From a virus, in the IMG/VR virus record IMGVR_UViG_3300021448_000209: a stretch of 50,097 nt of DNA. One strand, 5' to 3'. The notes beneath the pieces were generated by a model that saw only the letters and a program-made list of their open reading frames with translations, did not search any database and was not told the DNA's origin. This document shows, piece after piece, positions 44,125 to 50,097 of this stretch (position 1 is its first letter; the number at the start of each line of letters is the position of its first letter). A program made the position numbers and the translations under genes.

Positions 44125-46787
44125 GACCATACCCCCAACCCGGTCTGTTTATTGTTCGCACGGATCTCCGACCAACTGATCCCCAACGGCTCGACGATTC
44201 TCCCGATCGGCCGACGAAGGATCTTAGTGATTTGTTCGTCCAGGTCGACCTCGAACTCATCGGGAATCTGAGCCGGGTCCTCGAACGCGATAATACGCTC
44301 CTCCTTGCGCCACTGAGCGTACTTCTCGGGATCGTCGACCGCCGCCCTGTTGATCTGTTCCTGGTTAGCCTCGTACCAAGACGGGTCGACCATATCGAGG
44401 TAGACGTGCATCGGTTTATCACCCTCACCGAAGTTCGTCCCAAGCACAAGGTTCGCGAAGTACGCCCCCCGGCCGCCTATCTGTATGTCCGTCCAGTTGT
44501 CGTACTCCGAGAACGGTTTACCGATCCCCTGGGGGACCGCAATCTGATCGAGACCGTAGTCGCCGTTCTCGACCTTTTGAAGTTCCCCGTGGACGTATTC
44601 GCGGATCGCATCCTCGGAAGCACCCTCTAAGATCATGTTGAACGTCTCGCTCATGACCGTCTTGGTAACCTCCGACGTCGAGGAGCGTTGTGTCTCGAAG
44701 CCGACAATATCGTCGTACGGGTCGTCGAGCCAGTGACCGTCTTTCCAAACCACGCGGCCCGCGTACCGCTTTTTCTGGCCGGCCTGGTAGTAACGACGGT
44801 ATATCTTCTCAAACTCAAGGTCGAAATAATGCTCTTCGACCTCGAACTGCTCGCACGCGAACTCGTCGTATGCATCGTTGATTTCCCGCTCTAATCGGTA
44901 GCCCATTGCCTCGATCTCCTCGTCGCTCAGATCCGATTCGAGTTGGACGTACGCTGAGTCCGTGTCACCATATAACACGGAGTACCCAAGCGACTCGACA
45001 GCGGTCGCGGTCGCCTTGAGGACCGCCCGACCACACGCAGTTACGGCAGCGCCCATTTCCGAGTCGTACAACCGGAACCGATCGAAGCCGAGCACCCCGT
45101 AAAAACTGTTCATAATCCGCTTAATTACACCCTGCTGCTCATCGTACGTGTCGTACTCGGGGTCGCCCTCTTGGTACTGATCACGAAGGTCCTTGAACCG
45201 TTGCCGTTCGTCCAGCAGGTCCTCGACCATGTGTTTGATCAGTCCATCTGGTTCGGAACGGAAGTGGACGCCATTCGGCGACTCGATCGTCTCCCCATCA
45301 TACGTTTCGGGGTCGACTCGCGTCTCCGGTGATGCGTTAATGGTACGCATACTCATGGGATAGAGACTCGCCAGATCGAGCGCCACGACGTTCTCGAACA
45401 TCCCTTCCGGGGCATCGAACACAGTAGCACCCTCGTAGTCCTCATCAGCGTTTTCGCCCTTCGACGGCAGCACGATGTCGCCGTGAACCTCATGGAGGAT
45501 GTACGAGTCCACCGTATCGTTCGGGATCGGCGCTTGCCCGATCTCAAGCCCGGCGATACGGGCCACCTCCGACCACGTTTCGCCGAGTACCCGTTTCTGT
45601 CGCTCAATCTCGACACAAAGCTCGACGTCCCGAAGCGCGTAGCTCAGGAACCGCTCAGGCGAATCTGTCCAGAGGTCGCGATAGCTATCGACATACTCCG
45701 TTTTCCCGACGTCGAGTAGATCGGCCCCGATAGTGTCGAGTGCGGTCGAGTCCAATTCAGTGAACGTCGACCGGTCGTACGCTTTCATCAGATCGATACA
45801 GGTGCGTCCCTCGACGACACCGACCTGGCTCCCAAAGTCTCGTTTCTCGTACGACTGGCGGTCCCCCCGGGCTAACCGATCCGAGTCGAGACCCAACTCG
45901 TCTAACCGGTTGATAACGTATAGGGCGTCGAACTCGGTAAAGTTCCACCCGGAGAGGAGATCGGGATCGGCCTCGGAGACGTACCCTACAAAGTCGTCTA
46001 ACATGGCCCACTCGCTCTCGAACGTCCGAAGCTCCGGGTAACACACCGACGCCTCTATCGGGCCGTCTGTATCCCAGTCACCGGCCGGTGTGTACCCCTC
46101 GAACGGCGTTGTATCGGCCTCGAAGCGTTCCCGAACGGACTCGACCTCTTGCCCCTCGCTCGCGTTAAGCCACAGCACGTACTCGTCTCGACCGCTATCG
46201 TGAGCGGCTACCGACAGCACCTCTTCGGTGGCATCCTCGGGATCAGGGAAACCGCTACTGTCGTCGACCTCGATGTCGTAGAACATCGTCCGGTACCGGA
46301 GTTCGGTGTCGAACGTCTCCCCGAACGCCGTGTGATGGACGGCGAACTCGTTGCCGGTCGGATCGGCGTCGCCGACATCGACCCTAACGCCCGATTGAAT
46401 CTTCTTATCGTACCGAAACCGATTGTTAAACCGTACGTCGGCTTCCCAGTGTTCGTCAAACGTCTCGCGGGCTTCCGCAACCTCGCGAGGCATCTGGGTA
46501 AACATCTGACGGACAGTCTGACCACGGACCTCGGTCTCGGTCGAGCCCGCGCGGGTGATGACGTCCGAACCGGCAACGATGTCCTCGACGTCCTGATCAC
46601 CGTCGGGTTCGGGCGCGTAAAAGTACGGCTCGAACCCCTCGACGGCGATATGCACCGGATCATCCGTGATCGCATCGTCCGGGCGGCGACCGTAAACATG
46701 AATCATCGGCTTCCGACCGCCGTCGGCTGTGAATTTACTTCCTTGTTCGATTCGTGTAACCGCCATATCAACAGTGTTGTCTACCAT
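44121..46787 (-). CDS. polB: Family B DNA polymerase
   Basis: 888 aa. Exo I FYDIEV, Exo II NFTEFD, Exo III YALRD, motif A DLASLYP, motif B KRIMNSFYG, motif C YGDTDS. Confidence 0.93.
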   Translation of the reverse strand: MVDNTVDMAVTRIEQGSKFTADGGRKPMIHVYGRRPDDAITDDPVHIAVEGFEPYFYAPEPDGDQDVEDIVAGSDVITRAGSTETEVRGQTVRQMFTQMPREVAEARETFDEHWEADVRFNNRFRYDKKIQSGVRVDVGDADPTGNEFAVHHTAFGETFDTELRYRTMFYDIEVDDSSGFPDPEDATEEVLSVAAHDSGRDEYVLWLNASEGQEVESVRERFEADTTPFEGYTPAGDWDTDGPIEASVCYPELRTFESEWAMLDDFVGYVSEADPDLLSGWNFTEFDALYVINRLDELGLDSDRLARGDRQSYEKRDFGSQVGVVEGRTCIDLMKAYDRSTFTELDSTALDTIGADLLDVGKTEYVDSYRDLWTDSPERFLSYALRDVELCVEIERQKRVLGETWSEVARIAGLEIGQAPIPNDTVDSYILHEVHGDIVLPSKGENADEDYEGATVFDAPEGMFENVVALDLASLYPMSMRTINASPETRVDPETYDGETIESPNGVHFRSEPDGLIKHMVEDLLDERQRFKDLRDQYQEGDPEYDTYDEQQGVIKRIMNSFYGVLGFDRFRLYDSEMGAAVTACGRAVLKATATAVESLGYSVLYGDTDSAYVQLESDLSDEEIEAMGYRLEREINDAYDEFACEQFEVEEHYFDLEFEKIYRRYYQAGQKKRYAGRVVWKDGHWLDDPYDDIVGFETQRSSTSEVTKTVMSETFNMILEGASEDAIREYVHGELQKVENGDYGLDQIAVPQGIGKPFSEYDNWTDIQIGGRGAYFANLVLGTNFGEGDKPMHVYLDMVDPSWYEANQEQINRAAVDDPEKYAQWRKEERIIAFEDPAQIPDEFEVDLDEQITKILRRPIGRIVEPLGISWSEIRANNKQTGLGVWS

Positions 46788-47383
46788 TGTGAATCGCTCC
46801 CGTCTCTCGCTCGTCGCTCATCGTCGGCCTCGCCGATCCTACCGGCCTTCTTTAGGTCGCGGAGGTTCCGAAACCTCCGCTTACACTCGCCACAGTAATA
46901 CCCCGACAGGCTCGACCGGTTACTGTATCCGCCGGTCGAATTACAGTACGGGCATACATACCGCCAGGTTTCCCACCCATCACTACGCGGGTCGGAGGTA
47001 ACCTCCGATCGCTCGGGATGGGGATGCGGACACTGATCGTTCCCCCGGACGTGTTCGCTCACCGTCGATCGGGAATGACCCAGTATCTCGCCGACCCTCT
47101 GGGCGTTTTTCTCGACCGCGTAGTGGGTTCTAATTTCCAGGCAACTACGGAACGAGAGGTAATACTCGCTCTCGTGGTTACAGTCCGCTCCCGGGCTCGT
47201 GTGGTCCTCAATCGTCCGTACCGGCCGGTCGAGGACGCGCCCGACCTCTTTCACGGTCGCGCCACGCTCGCGAAGCTCGTTCATGACCTCACATTCGCGG
47301 CCTGTAACCTCTGTTCGACCGGCCTCTGCCTTCGGTGGCAGCGTGATCCCGTACGCCTCGTCGGATCTCTCGCTCCGGCTCAT
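46781..47383 (-). CDS. DNA-binding protein with two HTH-like segments and a C-terminal zinc ribbon
   Basis: 200 aa. ATVKEVGRVLDRPVRTIEDH and AQRVGEILGHSRSTVSEHV look like HTH segments. The zinc ribbon is CPYCN-x16-CGEC. It overlaps the polB start by 7 nt. Confidence 0.6.
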   Translation of the reverse strand: MSRSERSDEAYGITLPPKAEAGRTEVTGRECEVMNELRERGATVKEVGRVLDRPVRTIEDHTSPGADCNHESEYYLSFRSCLEIRTHYAVEKNAQRVGEILGHSRSTVSEHVRGNDQCPHPHPERSEVTSDPRSDGWETWRYVCPYCNSTGGYSNRSSLSGYYCGECKRRFRNLRDLKKAGRIGEADDERRARDGSDSQW

Positions 47384-47487
47384 TTACACGGGCTGTAGCC
47401 GCAGGCCATGCACACCGCACACCCGGACTGTTGGACGAGTGCGGGGGATCGACACTCGGGACACTCGTTCTCGTTTCGTTGTCTCAT
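47380..47487 (-). CDS. Cys-rich zinc-ribbon microprotein (35 aa)
   Basis: Too short for the ORF track. MRQRNENECPECRSPALVQQSGCAVCMACGYSPCK. ATGA overlaps at both ends. Confidence 0.45.
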   Translation of the reverse strand: MRQRNENECPECRSPALVQQSGCAVCMACGYSPCK

Positions 47488-47714
47488 TGGTTAATCACCT
47501 CCTTGAATGGATCAAAGTCGTTCAATTCGCGCTGTTCATCGTCGACAGACGCCCGACGGGCGCGCGCCTTGATCACTGTCCGATGGGACAGCGCCCCCTC
47601 ATCGTTGCCGTCAGTAGCCTCTGATCGGCTCTCGACGGTCGCGCGCTCCCGGTCGTCGTGACCGGCCTCGGCAATGGTCGCCGCCGCTCGCGACCGTGAA
47701 ACGAGACCGGTCAT
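47484..47714 (-). CDS. Hypothetical protein (76 aa)
   Basis: Acidic, with an ATGA overlap with the downstream microprotein. It is the first or second gene of the minus-strand operon. Confidence 0.45.
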   Translation of the reverse strand: MTGLVSRSRAAATIAEAGHDDRERATVESRSEATDGNDEGALSHRTVIKARARRASVDDEQRELNDFDPFKEVINQ

Positions 47715-47824
47715 TGGCTCACCCCAGATAGTTTACACAGGTATGAACCGCTCATACCGGCTAAGAGGCGTTCTGAAGGTGGTATCTCGCGTCCTTTATC
47801 CGTAGCGGATTCTTTGTCTCTCAT
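47711..47824 (-). CDS. Possible leader micro-ORF (37 aa)
   Basis: MRDKESATDKGREIPPSERLLAGMSGSYLCKLSGVSQ. Its TGA overlaps the ATG of the 76-aa ORF (ATGA). It may simply be 5-prime UTR. Confidence 0.25.
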   Translation of the reverse strand: MRDKESATDKGREIPPSERLLAGMSGSYLCKLSGVSQ

Positions 47825-48112
47825 GGCTCCGTGGGACTCCGTTGGTGTTCCCGAGGGGGCCGCACCGAGCGAGGTCTGGGATGGCTATTGGGTGCCAAGC
47901 CCAGGGGGAGCCTCGTTTGGGTCTCTCGTTCCCGATCGGGGGGCGCTTCCCCCCGAATCGCTTGCTCGCATAGCCTCGCATAGCCTCGGGATCTCGGTAT
48001 AGGTGGGTTGGTCACTTATACTTTGTGGTGCATAGTGGTGGATACAACGCTAATACGGGGCAATGTGGGGACAAGGGGATCATTTAAGTTGACCTGGACC
48101 CAAGGTACACCT
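47715..48112. promoter_or_regulatory. Divergent control region between the replication operon and the early plus-strand genes
   Basis: It lies between oppositely oriented gene blocks. TATA-like boxes: TTTATC 47795..47800, TTATAC 48016..48021 and TTTAAG 48083..48088. Hairpins at 47740..47758 and 47936..47956. Tandem 10-mers at 47966..47988. Confidence 0.5.
47966..47988. repeat. Tandem 10-mer TCGCATAGCC x2 (+TCG)
   Basis: Read directly at 47966..47975 and 47976..47985. Confidence 0.85.
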
Positions 48113-48256
48113 GTGCGAGAACAAACCACAACCGCACGAGTCGACACGGACGGCCGCATATACCTACAGAAGCCCATCCGACGCGAACTGGGCATCATGG
48201 ACCAAGAGGTCGACGCGGAGGTCACCGTGCGCGTGCGCGACGAGGACGATCGATAG
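48113..48256 (+). CDS. SpoVT/AbrB-type DNA-binding regulator (47 aa from GTG 48113; alternative TTG 48008)
   Basis: ARVDTDGRIYLQKPIRRELGIMDQEVDAEVTVRV fits the AbrB looped-hinge-helix pattern. TTTAAG is centred about 27 nt upstream of GTG 48113, which suggests a leaderless transcript. Confidence 0.6.
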   Translation: MREQTTTARVDTDGRIYLQKPIRRELGIMDQEVDAEVTVRVRDEDDR

Positions 48257-48310
48257 ATAGCACAGCCCGCCAACCACACGAGAGACACAAAACCCAACCG
48301 AAACACCAAC

Positions 48311-49108
48311 ATGACGCTCGCAGAGATCGACCGAACCGTTAGACAGCAGTCGGGAGGTAGCACCGAGAGCGGGACCAACGACAGTAACGGGAGGACCGAC
48401 AAGACCGACGTTCGATCGATCACCCCGGGACGAGACGCGGGACAACGCTTTGTCGTCGTTCCCGACGGCGTTCTCGAATCGACGATCGAGACCGGGGTCC
48501 CCTACCTCGGTATGGTTACCGGGATCAAAGGATACGGCGTATTCGTCGCCTTGAACGCCGGCCACGGAGACATCAGCGGTCTCGTCCACCGTAGCAACTT
48601 CCCGTTCGGATACAAGCCATATGAGTTCGAGCAGGGGGATCTGATCGTTGTCTCGGCGGCCGAACAGAGAGACGAGGGGTTCGACCTCCGAGTCGTTCGA
48701 TCGGTCTACACAGCCGACCCTCACCTCCGCCATATCGGCTCCGGCTCCGGGGACAAGATCGGGACCGTGACCGACGACCGGATCAAAGGACAGCCGTATC
48801 CTGTCCTCTCGGACTGGGATCTCAGCGTCCTCGACTACGCCGACTATACCGACGACCTCGGTTGCATCAGCGACCGGTTCGATACTGTCGGCGAGCTACA
48901 CGCAATGATCGACCGGATCACCGCTCGACCCGAGCACCGAGCCCGCATCGAGCGGGAGATCGAGGACCACAAGATCGCCAACCGAGACTCGCAGTACGTC
49001 CTCTCGCGCGTCGTCGCCAATTCGTTCCTCGACGAACGGAGCACTAACGGGTCGGAGATCGATCAGACAGAGGCACCGACACCGGCTCGACGCCCGGAGT
49101 CCGACTGA
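48311..49108 (+). CDS. S1/OB-fold nucleic-acid-binding domain protein
   Basis: 265 aa. GMVTGIKGYGVFVALNAGHGDISGLVHRSNF ... FEQGDLIVVSAAEQRDEGFDLRV matches the S1 domain pattern. Confidence 0.65.
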   Translation: MTLAEIDRTVRQQSGGSTESGTNDSNGRTDKTDVRSITPGRDAGQRFVVVPDGVLESTIETGVPYLGMVTGIKGYGVFVALNAGHGDISGLVHRSNFPFGYKPYEFEQGDLIVVSAAEQRDEGFDLRVVRSVYTADPHLRHIGSGSGDKIGTVTDDRIKGQPYPVLSDWDLSVLDYADYTDDLGCISDRFDTVGELHAMIDRITARPEHRARIEREIEDHKIANRDSQYVLSRVVANSFLDERSTNGSEIDQTEAPTPARRPESD

Positions 49109-49611
49109 TGTATCGACTGGGCCATATAGGCGTTGCCGCACTGATGTATTCCCCGCTCGCGTGGTTCCTTGCCGAGCGCGGCATGATCGGCCTGCTCGTA
49201 CTGGGGGCTGTTATCATGTTCACAATCGAGCGGGTCCCCGACTTTGATCGGCGCGTCCCGGGTCTCGACCACCGAGGAGTGAGCCATTCGATCGTCGCTA
49301 TCCTCTCGATCGGCTACCTTGTCGGCGTGGCGTGCTGGCTCTTCGCGAGCGGGATCAACACCGCGACTGGGGTCGGTCTCGACGTCGCTACGATCGGCGG
49401 GTACGGGATCATGATGGGTCAGTACGCGATACTCTCCCACCTCGCCGGGGACGTCATAACACCCCAGGGCATCAAACCATTGCTCCCGTTAACCGACTGG
49501 CGCATCCGTATCGTACTGACTAAGGCCGAAAACGAAACCGCAAACGCCTTTCTGTACGCGGTCGGCATGATCGCCTTCGCAGTGGCTATGGTCGGCGCGT
49601 TCGGAGTCTAA
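49108..49611 (+). CDS. Membrane-bound metal-dependent hydrolase (DUF457 / YdjM-like)
   Basis: 167 aa. N-terminal GH, PDFD...HRGVSHS and SHLAGDVITPQGIKPLLP motifs, with about 4 hydrophobic helices. TGATG overlap with the upstream gene. Confidence 0.7.
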   Translation: MYRLGHIGVAALMYSPLAWFLAERGMIGLLVLGAVIMFTIERVPDFDRRVPGLDHRGVSHSIVAILSIGYLVGVACWLFASGINTATGVGLDVATIGGYGIMMGQYAILSHLAGDVITPQGIKPLLPLTDWRIRIVLTKAENETANAFLYAVGMIAFAVAMVGAFGV

Positions 49612-49900
49612 GCCGGTCGGAGTCCCGTTCTATTGCTTCCCACCGACCCCGAGCGCCGATCGGCTTCGGAACGGGCCTGGTAGGTATTGTCTCGCGCAAT
49701 GAAAAGTCGCCATGAACGCGCCGACCTGGAAAGTCGCCCAAGATCGCCGAGCCACACCGGCTCCCCCCCTAACGCGCGCGTGGGGGCAAAATCGGCCGTA
49801 CCGTTCGCCCTCCCCCCACCACCCCCGCACAGCACACAGCGACCGCACAGTCCAAGGGAGATTTCCGAGGCCAACTAAAGTAGGGGAGAAAGGCTGAGTC

Positions 49901-50002
49901 GGCCGATCAGGTTGGTTTGAGGTCGAGCACGGCCGACCGAGGTGTGACCGAGGCCGATCACGAGTAACCCGGTGGCCGATCATGCTCTCAGAGGGGCCGA
50001 TT
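49901..50002 (+). repeat. Five same-orientation GGCCGAYY boxes
   Basis: Boxes start at 49901, 49931, 49952, 49974 and 49995 (spacings 30, 21, 22, 21 bp). Confidence 0.7.
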
Positions 50003-50024
50003 GAATAGCCCGCTGAATAGGCGA

Positions 50025-50042
50025 CACACCCTACACACCCTA
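50025..50042 (+). repeat. Tandem 9-mers CACACCCTA x2 (reverse complement of the GGGTGTG iterons at 223..335)
   Basis: Read directly. They are preceded by TGAATAG x2 at 50002..50008 and 50014..50020. Confidence 0.9.
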
Positions 50043-50050
50043 CAGAGGGG

Positions 50051-50097
50051 TTTGCGCGATAGCGGTCGTTTTCTATCACAGACCTGATTTGTGGCGG
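50051..50097. repeat. Terminal direct repeat, copy 2 (identical to 1..47)
   Basis: Exact 47-nt identity with the start of the window. Confidence 0.95.

Noticed and set aside
43697-44126. Plus-strand ORFs 43697..43906 (69 aa) and 43767..44126 (119 aa) in the convergent gap
   Set aside because: The translations are Arg-rich and basic. The second overlaps the better-supported minus-strand membrane microprotein and the polB stop. The first does have the CTACTACC upstream element, so it is kept only as a low-probability candidate.
44121-46787. A protein-primed type of family B polymerase (which would imply a linear genome with terminal proteins)
   Set aside because: The genome has direct rather than inverted terminal repeats and closes on itself. 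There is no obvious terminal-protein gene, and the polymerase is 888 aa with standard exo and pol motifs. I could not evaluate TPR1/TPR2 insertions by eye.
47823-48002. A plus-strand 59-aa ORF (MAPWDSVGVPEG...) starting about 26 nt downstream of the TTTATC box
   Set aside because: The TATA geometry is good, but the peptide is Pro/Gly/Trp-rich and the stretch contains the hairpin and tandem 10-mers. It is more likely a 5-prime leader or non-coding transcript than a protein.
48113-49108. The AbrB-like gene plus its downstream gene as a toxin-antitoxin pair (MazE/VapB-like antitoxin)
   Set aside because: The downstream protein shows an S1/OB pattern, not a PIN, MazF or other toxin signature. 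The genes are 55 nt apart. Its position at a divergent promoter fits a transcription regulator better.
49811-49830. A C-rich tract (cctccccccaccacccccgcac) as a G-quadruplex or i-motif element
   Set aside because: The G-runs on the minus strand do not give four cleanly separated G3 tracts with loops. Strand-asymmetric C-richness alone is weak evidence.
49630-50079. ORFs 49630..50079 (minus, 149 aa), 49687..49878 and 49712..49897 (plus) in the junction region
   Set aside because: Their composition is Pro/Arg/Gly-rich and atypical for this genome. They overlap one another in different frames and have no start context like the real genes.
1-50097. The 47-nt direct repeats as attL/attR of an integrated provirus
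   Set aside because: There is no integrase or recombinase gene anywhere, no tRNA-like sequence in the repeat, and the window begins and ends exactly at the repeat with no flanking host genes. Circular closure or terminal redundancy is the simpler reading.
1-50097. tRNA, rRNA or other canonical RNA genes
   Set aside because: No T-loop (GGTTCGAATCC-like) or cloverleaf-compatible segment was seen in any intergenic region. The candidate GTTCGA-containing strings all lie inside well-supported CDSs. A covariance-model scan is still advisable.

Overview
The window is a complete, self-closing genome of a tailed dsDNA virus (Caudoviricetes) with a contractile-tail (myovirus-type) gene set. The first and last 47 nt are identical, so the unique length is 50,050 bp (circular assembly overlap or terminal redundancy). 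The host is probably a halophilic archaeon. This is inferred from high GC, strongly acidic D/E-rich predicted proteins, CxxC zinc-ribbon microproteins, TATA-like boxes about 26-28 nt upstream of some start codons, and an AbrB-type regulator. Layout: (i) A gene-free, repeat-rich region of about 835 bp spans the junction (49612..50097 plus 1..396) and is a candidate pac/ori. (ii) One long plus-strand late block runs 397..43672. It holds terL, a 7-kb accessory island (fibre-like cassette, 800-aa Ser/Ala/Thr-rich protein, alpha/beta hydrolase), a portal-MuF fusion, protease-scaffold, HK97-type capsid, connectors, sheath, tube, a chaperone with a start-less +1-frame extension, and the tape measure. 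The baseplate genes (hub, spike, W, J, I) follow, interrupted by extra beta-helix genes and a nuclease-like gene. The block ends with two more fibre cassettes separated by a 13-bp tandem array, and a 1410-aa beta-helix giant. (iii) A minus-strand replication operon runs 47824..43990: micro-ORFs chained by ATGA overlaps, an HTH/zinc-ribbon protein, a family B DNA polymerase and a 44-aa membrane microprotein. (iv) A divergent control region lies at 47715..48112. (v) The plus-strand early genes are an AbrB-like regulator, an S1-domain protein and a DUF457/YdjM-like membrane hydrolase. I found no tRNA, rRNA, CRISPR array, integrase, transposase, methyltransferase, primase/helicase or recognisable small terminase by eye. 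All family assignments rest on motif and synteny recognition without any database search, and GC statements are visual estimates.
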